A DNA stretch of 64,000 nt, taken from an uncultured bacterium. Its GTDB lineage: Bacteria; Babelota; Babeliae; Babelales; Babelaceae. A program made the position numbers and the translations under genes. The stretch lies in NCBI GenBank assembly GCA_963848965.1, contig CAWKFG010000004.1:768001-832000 (forward strand). Direction: 5' to 3'. The notes beneath the pieces are model-generated. The model worked only from the letters and a program-made list of their open reading frames with translations. It searched no databases and was not told the origin of the DNA. This document shows, piece after piece, positions 37,445 to 47,906 of this stretch (positions within the stretch are counted from its first letter, which is position 1; each line of letters opens with the position of its first letter).

Positions 37445-39505
37445 ATGGATCAAAAAATGAAATGGTACTTTTATTACCTTCTAAGTATAGCTGCTTTTAC
37501 GGGCAGTCTCTTGTCTATGGAACCTGCAGAGAAAGAAGAAGCTGCACCACCTAAAGAATTAGTTCCTATTGCTCGTCCTGGATATCTTCAGTGTATAGGA
37601 AGTTATTTACAGGGAACTTTAACATCAGCCTATAGTGGAAGTCAGTATCTTGTAGGGAGCACCTGGTCAGGGCTTGGGTATCTAACAAATTTAAGTATGG
37701 CTGGTGGCCGGTATGTACTTAACTTAGGATACTGTGCTCTTGAGCACTATTTAGCCTCTATACAATTGAGAAAACTTATCGCACGTCCTGATAAGTACTC
37801 TTCTGTTTTATCACATGTAAGGACCTGTACAAGTCTTAATAATGAAGAACAAGAGTTTCTTAACAATCGTATGGCAAAAGTAAAAAACGCTCTTGAAAGA
37901 ATGCTTGATAAGCAAGTTGATTCAAAATATATACCAAAAATAGCTCTCTGTTTCAGTGGAGGGGGTTATCGAGCTATGCTTGAAACGCTTGGTTGGTTAA
38001 CAGGAGCTGAAAGAATGGGTCTCCTCGATAGTTCTGTCTACATGACGGGACTTTCTGGATCAACATGGGCTCTCAATCCTTGGGTAGCCTCTCGGCTCTC
38101 ATTAGCTGCCTATAAAGAGCAACTGTTACCTAAGCTTACTAAAACACTTATGGAGCATGTAAAAAGTATGAGTACTCAAGATGCTCTTGAAATTCTTGTA
38201 GCACTTAGCAAAAAATATGTAGATCTTCAATCTATTGGACCTGCAGACTTTTTTGGTGCATTACTTGCTCATATGCTTCTTTCAAACATAGTACGACATA
38301 AACAGACATTTTCTCTTGCTGATCTTGCACCTTTAGTAAAATTAGGAAATTATCCTCTCGTAATTTCTACAGCTTCTTTAGGCGGAACATTTAACTTAAA
38401 ATACAGACCTACTTTTGAATTTTCTCCTTTTGAGATAGGAAGTGCTGAATGTGCTAAAGGTATATTTATTCCTTCATGGTCTTTAGGAAGAGTTTTCAAT
38501 AAGGGCACTTCGCAAAATATTGTTCCTATCGATATATTTAAATATGAAAAAGAAGCACTTTCAACCGCAGCAGGGCTCCTTACAACAAAAGTGCTTGGTG
38601 AGCAAGAAGCAAAAGAAGAAGTAGAAGAAAAAGCACAAATAGTTCACTACTTTGGAAGGCAGCAGTCTCTTGGGTACCTTATGGGCATCTGGGGCTCTGC
38701 TTTTGCTCTTAACATCGCAGATGTTCTTTTTGAATTAGCTAAAAAATTCTTTCCTGAAGATGTATGCCCTGTAGAAGGAGAATCAGCAGGCGGTCAATTC
38801 AAGCTTTTAAAAAGTATCTTTGCTTCACTGCTTGCCAAAACCATAGAATCATTAAGAGTTGGCTCATTTGAGCTCAAGAATATAGCGCCGGTAGCAGGAG
38901 ACATAAAGCGTTATATTGAAAACGAAAATTACGGTGCTGCACTTATTCCTAATATTACTCATAATATGGCTAACCAACCATTACGAGAAAGTCCTTATCT
39001 TTCACTCGTTGATGGAGGATTTGATGAAATAGAGGGCGATAGGCTCAACATAGCTATAACACCATTGTTAAGAAAAGATCGTGATCTTGATGTTATCATT
39101 ATTGGCGATAGTTCTGCAGAACTTATAGGAGCTCCTTCATTACGAGCTGCAGAAAGGCGTGCAAAAGCGCTTGGAGTCAAATTTCCAAAAATTACGTACG
39201 AAAACATTGATAAAAAGCCTATAAGTATCTTTATGGATGAAGGTGATCCTTCTGTGCCTATTATTGTATATATGCCAGGTATAGCAAACCCTGCTTATGG
39301 AGATTTCAATCCAATTACTGCTCTTTACACATATACGTTGAATTTCACTTATACTCAAGAGCAGGCTCAAACACTTATGGGATTAACCGAATTTAATATT
39401 ACGCAAGCTGCTCCTCTTATTCGAGAAGTTGTCTTAAAGGCAATAGAGAGAAAACAAGCAAAAGAGAAAAAAGGCGGTTGGTTTAGTTGGCTCAGAGGAA
39501 AATAA
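37445..39505 (+). CDS. Secreted cPLA2/lysophospholipase-family protein
   Basis: SGGGYRAM, GLSGS nucleophile, FEFSPFE.G, MGIWGSAF, LVDGG. Confidence 0.88.
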   Translation: MDQKMKWYFYYLLSIAAFTGSLLSMEPAEKEEAAPPKELVPIARPGYLQCIGSYLQGTLTSAYSGSQYLVGSTWSGLGYLTNLSMAGGRYVLNLGYCALEHYLASIQLRKLIARPDKYSSVLSHVRTCTSLNNEEQEFLNNRMAKVKNALERMLDKQVDSKYIPKIALCFSGGGYRAMLETLGWLTGAERMGLLDSSVYMTGLSGSTWALNPWVASRLSLAAYKEQLLPKLTKTLMEHVKSMSTQDALEILVALSKKYVDLQSIGPADFFGALLAHMLLSNIVRHKQTFSLADLAPLVKLGNYPLVISTASLGGTFNLKYRPTFEFSPFEIGSAECAKGIFIPSWSLGRVFNKGTSQNIVPIDIFKYEKEALSTAAGLLTTKVLGEQEAKEEVEEKAQIVHYFGRQQSLGYLMGIWGSAFALNIADVLFELAKKFFPEDVCPVEGESAGGQFKLLKSIFASLLAKTIESLRVGSFELKNIAPVAGDIKRYIENENYGAALIPNITHNMANQPLRESPYLSLVDGGFDEIEGDRLNIAITPLLRKDRDLDVIIIGDSSAELIGAPSLRAAERRAKALGVKFPKITYENIDKKPISIFMDEGDPSVPIIVYMPGIANPAYGDFNPITALYTYTLNFTYTQEQAQTLMGLTEFNITQAAPLIREVVLKAIERKQAKEKKGGWFSWLRGK

Positions 39506-39540
39506 CTCCAAGCTCTAGTAAACTTTTTTGTAAAATATAG

Positions 39541-39573
39541 GTTAAAGGTGCTCATATCGTGAGCACCTTTAAC
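39541..39573. terminator. Hairpin between convergent genes (likely bidirectional terminator)
   Basis: gttaaaggtgctca-tatcg-tgagcacctttaac, 14-bp perfect stem. Confidence 0.75.
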
Positions 39574-40233
39574 TTACTGTAGATACTTTACAATTCCCTG
39601 AGCAATAATAGCTGCTGCTTTTTGCTTATTAGCAGTTTCATGCAATTCTTTTTCAACATCTGGATTTGAAATAAAATCTACTTCTACAAGCACAGCGGGA
39701 CAGGTAGCTTTGCTTAGTACTCTAAACTTTGCAGCACGAATACCTCTATCACGCCGATTTCTTCCATTATTTGCAATATCAGACTCTCGTTGCTGTGAAA
39801 ACTGATGGTGAATACATGCTGCCAGCTTATATGATTCTGCAGGGCATTGTTCTACCATAGGGACATAGACTTCATACCCTCTTTTTTTAGCTGATTCAGC
39901 CGCATTAAGGTGTATCGAAACAAAAACAGCATTCTTTTCTTTGGCTCCAATTGCAACTCTTTTTTCTAGATCTTCAGAAAGATTTGGATCAAAGTGTTTA
40001 TCTTCATTACGAGTAAGCACTACTTTGATACCTTGCTTTTTAAGGATATTTCCTACTCTTCGTGCAATATCAAGAGCAAGCGTTTTTTCAACCAACAGTT
40101 TTTGTGGACTTACACATCCAGGAAATTTACCACCATGTCCTGGATCAAGAATTACTGTAGCCTTAGGTGCTGCAAGTACATAAACATTGAATAGCGCTAC
40201 TAACCATAAGCTTTTATACATACTACTCCTCAT
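39574..40233 (-). CDS. N-acetylmuramoyl-L-alanine amidase (Amidase_3)
   Basis: ILDPGHGG, EK, LTR, FVSIHLNA, PAVLVEVDFISN. Confidence 0.95.
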   Translation of the reverse strand: MRSSMYKSLWLVALFNVYVLAAPKATVILDPGHGGKFPGCVSPQKLLVEKTLALDIARRVGNILKKQGIKVVLTRNEDKHFDPNLSEDLEKRVAIGAKEKNAVFVSIHLNAAESAKKRGYEVYVPMVEQCPAESYKLAACIHHQFSQQRESDIANNGRNRRDRGIRAAKFRVLSKATCPAVLVEVDFISNPDVEKELHETANKQKAAAIIAQGIVKYLQ

Positions 40234-40315
40234 AAATACTCTTTAATGAAAGTAATTTATACTCTTTTACTTCTTTAGCAAGTGATCCATTTCTATTTAA
40301 AAGTCTTAAGGGTTT

Positions 40316-41464
40316 TTATTCTCTATATGAATGCACAAGTTGCTCAAATGTTGTAATTCCTTCAAATACTTCGCCAATAGGTAGTGTTTGTACATATCCA
40401 TAGCCAGGATCATAGCCTCGTGAATCAACACACTCACCAATTAGTGCATCACTTACTACAAGCACATGGCCAGGAATCCAAATAATATCGCCATTTTGTA
40501 GCATCTCTGTAGGCATTAACGGACGAAGATTCTTAGCCGCAGTTGTTGTGTTTTTAAAGAAATAAGGCATTCCACAGCTCTGAGCCACACGTAAAATAAG
40601 TCCTGAGCAATCACAACCTGTGTGTGGCGCACCTTCTGGTCTACTCCAATACGTAAGCTCTTGTGTTCCCTGTACCACTGTCTCTTTTTTAGCATTATAA
40701 GGATCACACAAAGAGATATAGGTACTACCACCCCACACATACGGTATCTTATTGGGGTTATTCTGGGCCCATTGTTTAAGTACCTTAACAAAGGTATCTC
40801 TACTAACAGTGTACTGCTTACTATAAAATATAAGCGCATACTCATGAGGTATTGCTACTATTCTTTTCTTTTGTGTAGGATAGTGTAACACTTCTACCAC
40901 ATATGAGCTTGCAGATGTTTGTACAGGCATAGGAACAAAGCGTGTTCCTGCAGAATACCATGTACTTGTTTCTTCATCGAGCCACGGTCTTATAAGTGTT
41001 AAAATACCATCTACAAGAACATTTTTAGAGAGATTTTTTGGTACAAAATTCTCAGCATACGGCTGTGGAATAGCAGACAGGTTTCCTGCTTCTTTTAGAT
41101 CTTTCAAATAACAAAGATTCTTTTCAAGTGTCCAAAACTCGTTGTATCGATTGCCAGCAACATCTTCCCAAAATGCATTAGGCACTTGGCATTTTACTTG
41201 ACCGTCTTTTTTTTCTACTACTCGTACAACTTCGTTAAATATAAGTTGATGAATTCTTTTGCATGTCTCAAGTTTATTACCCCAAGACACAGGAATTGCT
41301 GCATACTGCTCTTCAAGAGATTTTTCTAAAGAAAGAGCCTCTCCGGTCATATCTGCCACCGGTATTATAACAACTGCTTCTTGAGAAAGTTCTTTGCTAT
41401 CCCAATAGCCAGCATGAAGTATAAAAGGAATAAAAAGAGATAAAAGAAAACTATATCGTTTCAT
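40316..41464 (-). CDS. Secreted NlpC/P60 family peptidase
   Basis: PYVWGG, GCDCSGL, GD.I.IPGHV. Confidence 0.85.
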   Translation of the reverse strand: MKRYSFLLSLFIPFILHAGYWDSKELSQEAVVIIPVADMTGEALSLEKSLEEQYAAIPVSWGNKLETCKRIHQLIFNEVVRVVEKKDGQVKCQVPNAFWEDVAGNRYNEFWTLEKNLCYLKDLKEAGNLSAIPQPYAENFVPKNLSKNVLVDGILTLIRPWLDEETSTWYSAGTRFVPMPVQTSASSYVVEVLHYPTQKKRIVAIPHEYALIFYSKQYTVSRDTFVKVLKQWAQNNPNKIPYVWGGSTYISLCDPYNAKKETVVQGTQELTYWSRPEGAPHTGCDCSGLILRVAQSCGMPYFFKNTTTAAKNLRPLMPTEMLQNGDIIWIPGHVLVVSDALIGECVDSRGYDPGYGYVQTLPIGEVFEGITTFEQLVHSYRE

Positions 41465-41653
41465 AGACTGTCCCTTATTAAAAGTATTTCTAACTAAGCA
41501 TAGGATAAATCATTACTTCGTCAAGGGAGTATTAGAAATGTGTTTCATGAACTTTTATAGAATTTTCAATTCATAAAGTTATAGCATTAAACAATTATGA
41601 AAAGTTAGATCATACAAACCTTCTTTTTCGACTATTTTCTATCTGATATTTAA

Positions 41654-41682
41654 TTGACAGTCATTAATATTAGGGTTACTAT
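41654..41682 (+). promoter_or_regulatory. Conserved promoter of ankyrin paralog 1
   Basis: TTGACA-N17-TACTAT, also at 44750 and 50988. Confidence 0.75.
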
Positions 41683-41812
41683 TTACAAAAGACGTGCCAA
41701 ATGTTTAAAGCACAGAAAGCATAATAAATTAGCTATTTATTTCATTCTGTTTTCATATTTTATTGAAAGCAACTACTAAATATAGTAATTGAGTAACTAT
41801 TAAAGGATAGTT

Positions 41813-43360
41813 ATGACAAAAATCTTAATATATATAGGTTTAATAAATACTTCATTTTCCTTTTCTTTAGCTATGGAAAAAGAACAAAAATCTCTCTATT
41901 CAAAGTTTACTCTATTTTCAACAAAAAAGACGGATAATGCTCAAGATGATAGTGCTCGTACACCCTTAATGAATGCCGCAAAAGAGGGCAATAAGGAAAA
42001 AGTAGAAACATTATTAACCTACGAAGCACATGTTAACTCTCAAGATACTAAAGGTCGTACCGCCTTAATGCTTGCTGCAATTGATGGACATAAAGAAATA
42101 GTAGAAACACTGATAGCTCATAGGGCAGACGTTAACATACAAGATAACAAAGGTGGCACTGCCTTATATTGGGCTGCAGTTGATGGTCAAAAAGAAGTAG
42201 TAAAACTACTCTTAAATAGTGGCGCTGATAGTAATATCCCAGATAGCAATGGAGCAACTGCTTTAATGTATACTGCAGGGCAACATTATAAAGAAATAAT
42301 AGAAATGCTTATTATCCATGGCACTTCTGTTAGTGCTCAAAATAGCTATAACAATACTGCCCTGCATTGGGCTGCAACCCATAATCAACCAGAGGTAGCA
42401 GAGTTGCTTATAACTTACGGTGCCCATGTTAATGCTCAAAATGAGGGGGGCGGAACACCATTAATGGCTGCTGCCGTAAATGGAAATGTGGAAGTACTTG
42501 CTGTACTTTTAGATAATGGTGCTAATCCGAATGATGGAGCGACTGATGATTATCACATATTGGCTTTGGCTGCAAAAGAAGGTCATTTCAACGTAGTAAC
42601 TGCACTTTTAGAAAGAGGTGCTTCTATTAATACCCAAAGTATTTATAGGAAAACTGCCTTAATATACGCTGCAGAATATGGACACAAGGAAATAGTAGCT
42701 CTTCTTATACAAAAAGGCGCTAATATTACTACTAAAGACGTTCGTGGATTCGATGCCTTGACAGCCGCAAAAGAAGGCGATACTCGTCAATTATTAGAAC
42801 TTTGCACATTACAAGAAGTAAAAACTTACCTTATTAATCCACTAGAGTATATTAAAAGAGATAGCAATAGATTTACCACAATTGGTAAAGGACAAACATG
42901 GCTCATGGTTGCATGTATCTATGGTCACGCTGATGTTATAGCTTTTTACAAGGACTACTCTCCTGACTATATTAATATAAAAGATCAGTATGGGCTCACT
43001 GCTCTTGACTATGCTTGTAAGTATAATATTGATAGCGCCGCTATTTTGATTAATACTTTGGGTAAAAAAATTAACCAATTAAATCTACAGCAAACGTTCT
43101 TCACCACTCTTACCTCTTATATCCCCTATTTTAATACCAATAAAAAGAATGAGCTTCTTAATCTTGCTGTAGAAAGGGGATATTTGCCACTCGTTAACGC
43201 TCTTTTAAGTATAGGAGCACAACCTACTATAGAGCTTGCTCAAAAAGCTCAAGAAAAAGGTTATTTAAAAATAATGCTTAGACTTCTCTTTTTAACCCTT
43301 GCTTCTACCCCTAAATATAAAAGAGAACCCTATAATTCGCTCAGTGGTCTTTTTAAGTAA
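41813..43360 (+). CDS. Secreted ankyrin-repeat protein, family paralog 1
   Basis: Signal peptide, ankyrin repeats, shared C-terminal module ending REPYNSLSGLFK. Confidence 0.92.
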   Translation: MTKILIYIGLINTSFSFSLAMEKEQKSLYSKFTLFSTKKTDNAQDDSARTPLMNAAKEGNKEKVETLLTYEAHVNSQDTKGRTALMLAAIDGHKEIVETLIAHRADVNIQDNKGGTALYWAAVDGQKEVVKLLLNSGADSNIPDSNGATALMYTAGQHYKEIIEMLIIHGTSVSAQNSYNNTALHWAATHNQPEVAELLITYGAHVNAQNEGGGTPLMAAAVNGNVEVLAVLLDNGANPNDGATDDYHILALAAKEGHFNVVTALLERGASINTQSIYRKTALIYAAEYGHKEIVALLIQKGANITTKDVRGFDALTAAKEGDTRQLLELCTLQEVKTYLINPLEYIKRDSNRFTTIGKGQTWLMVACIYGHADVIAFYKDYSPDYINIKDQYGLTALDYACKYNIDSAAILINTLGKKINQLNLQQTFFTTLTSYIPYFNTNKKNELLNLAVERGYLPLVNALLSIGAQPTIELAQKAQEKGYLKIMLRLLFLTLASTPKYKREPYNSLSGLFK

Positions 43361-43371
43361 TTTACTAGACA

Positions 43372-43623
43372 CTAGTCCTCAACGTCAACATCGTTAATTT
43401 CGTGCTTAAGGAGCGTCTGAAAGTAACGTTGAGATAGGTCATCTTGCGATAGTACTTTAAGAAACCAATCAGGAAATTGTTTGATACCTGCTTCTACTAA
43501 CTCTTTAAAGTTTGTAGTTGCACATTCAAAATCAAAGTCAGGAATAGGTACATCAGAATGAGAAAAATGTATTAATTCGCCAAGAGAATAGTCTTTCCAT
43601 GCAACTTGGTATAGAAGTTTAAT
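43372..43623 (-). pseudogene. Open frame without a standard start (IKLLYQVAWKDYSLGE...DVDVED), possible gene remnant
   Basis: 84 codons including the stop in AT-rich DNA; the nearest ATG is out of frame. Confidence 0.35.
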
Positions 43624-43649
43624 TCATAAGACTAGAGCATTGAAAAATT

Positions 43650-43672
43650 AAGGCCTAGCAAGTCTAGGCCTT
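43650..43672 (-). terminator. Conserved aaggcctag/ctaggcctt hairpin after family-X gene
   Basis: Recurs at 48938-48961 and 49933-49954. Confidence 0.7.
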
Positions 43673-43688
43673 CATATACTTACTACTT

Positions 43689-44549
43689 TTATTTGATTAT
43701 CGGACACCTAACTTCAGAATATTTCCGTCGTGATTTTTCAAACAATCTACGAGCATACTCGTCAAATTTATCATAATCCGTACCGTCTCTTAAAGCTCTT
43801 GTTGCAGTATTAATAAGGTTAAGCATCTCGTTTTGCTCAAGTAATCCAGTCTCTTTAGTGATATATTCTGCAGCACTCCAACCAGCTATTAAATCAGCCT
43901 GAGCCTTATCTACAGATAAATTAAAATCTCTACCACTTTTTGTTGGTTTAGCAGGAACTCCCAAAATATATTCCGGCTTTATAGGTTCTTTCTTTGGTTC
44001 CTTTGATAAAAAGGCTTCTCTTGCACGTACAAATATATCTCCAAGTAACTTGCAGCTATCAAGAGGTATAACAGCACCAATATTACTACTACCGATATTA
44101 CTGATGTCAATCGCCTTAAAATCAACACTGTAAGGTATAAAGCTAGATCCAGATAATGTCATTTCTACACCAAAAGCGTTCCGCCCCTTCTCTTTCATAG
44201 TATTTTTTATCCTTTCAGCATAGTCTTCTGTCTTTAAGAATCCTAAACTCCATACTTCAGGATCTGTATATTGCCATCCTACACCATGAGGACTTAATTT
44301 AAGTGAAGTAATTGCTTCTAGACCGTTAATCCAAATAACTTCTTCTGGATATATAACTCGACGGAGATTCGCGCCTCTAAATTGTTCCTTAAGATATTGA
44401 TACGTTACAACCACTGCGTCTGGCCTTTTATTTCTTATGAAAAGTCTTGCTTCATCACGAGGTTCTGGTTGCATACCATATACAGTAAAAGCTATACCTA
44501 CGCAGAACATATTTATTATAAATAGAAACTTTTTCATATTTTCTCCCAA
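43689..44549 (-). CDS. Secreted hypothetical protein family X (degenerate J-domain-like C-terminus), paralog 1
   Basis: Signal peptide; RLFIRN, YPEEVIWI, LGDIF.RA, PEYILGVP shared with paralogs. Confidence 0.8.
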   Translation of the reverse strand: MGENMKKFLFIINMFCVGIAFTVYGMQPEPRDEARLFIRNKRPDAVVVTYQYLKEQFRGANLRRVIYPEEVIWINGLEAITSLKLSPHGVGWQYTDPEVWSLGFLKTEDYAERIKNTMKEKGRNAFGVEMTLSGSSFIPYSVDFKAIDISNIGSSNIGAVIPLDSCKLLGDIFVRAREAFLSKEPKKEPIKPEYILGVPAKPTKSGRDFNLSVDKAQADLIAGWSAAEYITKETGLLEQNEMLNLINTATRALRDGTDYDKFDEYARRLFEKSRRKYSEVRCPIIK

Positions 44550-44749
44550 TTTTACAGTTATATTTATATTAATTATAATTGTATATAAGAAGTATAATCA
44601 AGAGTTCTATCTTCTACTAAAGAACAGTTGCTTTAAAAAGACTTGATTAAAGGCTTTTATTGAGCTTGGCAAAGAAGATTGATAAGAGGATAAAGATACG
44701 TTTAAGATAAAAAGCTTTTTCTTGCGTTTGGTTTCTATCTGAAATTTAA

Positions 44750-44778
44750 TTGACAGTCATTAATTTTAGGGCTACTAT
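44750..44778 (+). promoter_or_regulatory. Conserved promoter of ankyrin paralog 2
   Basis: TTGACA-N17-TACTAT within about 80 bp similar to 41636-41715. Confidence 0.75.
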
Positions 44779-44920
44779 TTACAAAAGATATACCAAATTT
44801 TTAAAATACAGAGGAAATAACAGTAGATTATGCTTGCTTTCTGGTTCGGCTTTACTATTACTTATCTCCGTTCAATTAATTATTAAATGAAAGACATACT
44901 AACGGAGTAAACACTAAAGG

Positions 44921-46579
44921 ATGATCATGATAAAAAATTTAATATACATAAGCTTAATAAGCACATTATTTTCTTTTTCTCAAGCAATGGAAAAAGCCAG
45001 AACAAACCTAAAGTTCCAAACAGATCAAGCTCCACACTTAAAAAAAGAGATCACCAGTAACACCAAAAATAATGATAATCGCACACCCCTCATGAAGGCT
45101 GCAAAGAACGGCCTTAAAGAAACTGTTAACGCATTGCTAGTACAATGCAATAACGTTAATGCTAAAGACCTTAAAGATCGTACTGCCCTCATGTTTGCTG
45201 CAAAGTTAGGTCACACAGAGATAGTAAAATTGCTACTTGATAATAGTGCGGATATTAATACTCAAGACCGATATGGCCAGACCGCTCTACATCGAGCCGC
45301 ATCTCATAATAAAAAAGAAGTTGTAGAATTACTTTTAAGTAAAGGTGCTGATTACAATATTCAAGATCTCTTTGATGGTATGACTGCTTTAATATGCGCT
45401 ACAAGATATGGGCACAAAGAAATTGTAGAATTTTTTTTAGATAATGGTGCTAATATCAATGCTCAAAATAGGAATGGTAACACTCCTTTGCATTGGGCTG
45501 CAGGATATGGTTGTAAAGAAGTAGTAGAACTGCTTTTAACTAAAGGTGCTGATTACGGTATTCAAAACAATGACAATATGACTGCGTTGATGGATGCTGC
45601 AGCGCAAGGCTATAAAGAAATAGTAGAAATACTTATAACTCATGGTGCTGATATCAATGTTCAAGATAAGCACGGTAACACTGCTTTACATTGGGCTGCA
45701 GCCAAAAACCGAGTAGAAGCAATAAAACTGCTTTTAAGTAAAGGAGCAGATATCAATACTCGAACTCATGATAATAGAACTCCTTTAATACGTGCTGCGT
45801 TCTCAGGTAAAGAGAAAGCAGTTGCTACGCTCTTAGATGCAGGTGCAGATATTCATGCTCAAAATAATCGCGCCTTAACGAACGCAGCAAACCGCGGATA
45901 TAAGAAGATAGTAGTTCTTCTTATAAAAAAAGGAGCTGACCTTACTAGTATAAAGCATGACCTAACATTCGCTGAGAAAGGAGAAACTCAACAACTCTTA
46001 GAGCTTTGCATTTTACCAGAAGTAAAAGCCTATCTGAGTAACCCAATGGAATATGTTAAAAAAGATACTAATAGATTCTCTACCATTGGCAAAGGACAAA
46101 CGTGGCTTATGGTTGCATGTATCTTTGGTCATACTGATGTTATATCCTTCTACAAAGATTATACCCCACAGTATGCTAATATAAAAGATAATTATGGTCG
46201 TACAGCTTTTGATTATGCTTATACCTATAATCTCAATAGTGTTGCTACTCTTATTAACATTTTTGGTACAAAAATTAGCCAATTAGATCCTCAACAGACT
46301 TCACGCTTTACTACTCTTATCGCTTATATTCCCTATCTTGGAGCTAAAATTAAGACTTATAAAAAAGAAGAACTCCTTAAGTTAGCAGTAGATAGAGGAA
46401 ACTTGTTTCTTGTTAATGCTCTTTTAAGTATAGGAGCACAACCTACTATAGAACTTGCTCAAGCGGCAAAAGACAGCGGTTACTTAAAAGTAATGCATAG
46501 ACTGCTTTTTTTAACCCTTGCTTCCATTCCTGAATATAAAAGAGAGCCATATAATTCGCTCAGTGGTCTCTTCAAGTAA
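44921..46579 (+). CDS. Secreted ankyrin-repeat protein, family paralog 2
   Basis: As paralog 1; identical terminal REPYNSLSGLFK. Confidence 0.92.
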   Translation: MIMIKNLIYISLISTLFSFSQAMEKARTNLKFQTDQAPHLKKEITSNTKNNDNRTPLMKAAKNGLKETVNALLVQCNNVNAKDLKDRTALMFAAKLGHTEIVKLLLDNSADINTQDRYGQTALHRAASHNKKEVVELLLSKGADYNIQDLFDGMTALICATRYGHKEIVEFFLDNGANINAQNRNGNTPLHWAAGYGCKEVVELLLTKGADYGIQNNDNMTALMDAAAQGYKEIVEILITHGADINVQDKHGNTALHWAAAKNRVEAIKLLLSKGADINTRTHDNRTPLIRAAFSGKEKAVATLLDAGADIHAQNNRALTNAANRGYKKIVVLLIKKGADLTSIKHDLTFAEKGETQQLLELCILPEVKAYLSNPMEYVKKDTNRFSTIGKGQTWLMVACIFGHTDVISFYKDYTPQYANIKDNYGRTAFDYAYTYNLNSVATLINIFGTKISQLDPQQTSRFTTLIAYIPYLGAKIKTYKKEELLKLAVDRGNLFLVNALLSIGAQPTIELAQAAKDSGYLKVMHRLLFLTLASIPEYKREPYNSLSGLFK

Positions 46580-46904
46580 TTTTATACATGACTGACACTG
46601 AAGAATAACTATGATAAAGATTTTACTTTGTATAGGCCTACTGAGTACACTATTTTCTTTGTAAGCTTTAATCTATTCTGCTATTAATAAAAGGTATAAA
46701 GCTCTAGATAGCATTTTACAAACGTTTCTATCCTCGCCACCCTTACTATATTTAGACAAATTGAATCAAAAATAACAAAAAGCCCGGCAATACTGGTTTT
46801 AAATTTTTTATAAATCTTTTCTATTTAAATTGCAAAAAGACGCTTTTTTTATTATGCTTACTTAGGTACAATATATTATTTAGCTAATTAACACAAGGAT
46901 AACA

Positions 46905-47849
46905 ATGATTTGGCTTTCTAAAAAGTTTTTGTTTATTTATTTTATAGCTTATCCATACTCCAGTATGCTTACTGCTAATCCCTGTAGAATAACTACAATC
47001 ACTAAAGAGAACGGTCAAATCATTTATCTGCTATCTGATTGGAAAGAAGAATCTACTGAAACTCATCAAATGAGATTTCCCGAGCTCATAGAGCGTCTAA
47101 AAGCACTTGAAGATTCTGCCCAACAAGGTCTTCATATTTTTATAGCAAGTCCATCCACATGCTTTTTGAGTAGGCAATTAGCTGTTTTAGCAAAGCTAAT
47201 TGAATCTGCCCAAAAGCTTAATTTGAAAAAATCTACTATTGAAAACATCAATGCAAAAAGCTGCATACCTACTTTTAACTTAATTGCTTCTTGCTATCCA
47301 CATATAGAATCTCTTAATTTAGCATCTGCTGAAGTTAACACTTGTGCACAAGAACTATTTGGATATAGCTTTGATAAGCTAAGCTTTCAAACTATAATAG
47401 AAGAATTGGAGCATAATATAGATACTTTTGAAAGCTATAAAAAAAACTGTGATAATCCTTTTATTAAAGAAATACTAAAAACTAACTTACCTATATGTAG
47501 AGAGTTTATCAGTTCATCAAAATGGATCCTTGAAGAAGAAATAATGATTAATTTAAAAAAAAAACTTATAGAAGCACTTCCAGCCTTTAATGATGAATCT
47601 CATCAGTGTCGATTTAGGCTCACATTTACATTACTATCAGAAATAAGCTCTACTCTTTCTAGTCTTTACATAATCTCTCGAATTAATACTTTTTCAAATT
47701 ATGCAAAAGTTATTATTACTGCTGAAAATGATCGCATTGATAAAATTACTGCATTACTTGTCACTACTTTCTCTACTCTTAAAACACAAAGTATAGTAAT
47801 ACCAAGAGAGCTATTTAATGACACATTTTTACGCTTATTATCTTCCTAG
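46905..47849 (+). CDS. Secreted hypothetical protein family Y, degenerate paralog
   Basis: Aligns by eye with 47907-48890 but SDHHE becomes SDWKE and AGGTH becomes AENDR. Confidence 0.7.
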   Translation: MIWLSKKFLFIYFIAYPYSSMLTANPCRITTITKENGQIIYLLSDWKEESTETHQMRFPELIERLKALEDSAQQGLHIFIASPSTCFLSRQLAVLAKLIESAQKLNLKKSTIENINAKSCIPTFNLIASCYPHIESLNLASAEVNTCAQELFGYSFDKLSFQTIIEELEHNIDTFESYKKNCDNPFIKEILKTNLPICREFISSSKWILEEEIMINLKKKLIEALPAFNDESHQCRFRLTFTLLSEISSTLSSLYIISRINTFSNYAKVIITAENDRIDKITALLVTTFSTLKTQSIVIPRELFNDTFLRLLSS

Positions 47850-47906
47850 TCCTCTTAAAATTATAACTAAATAGCAAACTTCTTTAAGAAATAGAAAGGA
47901 CGAAAA

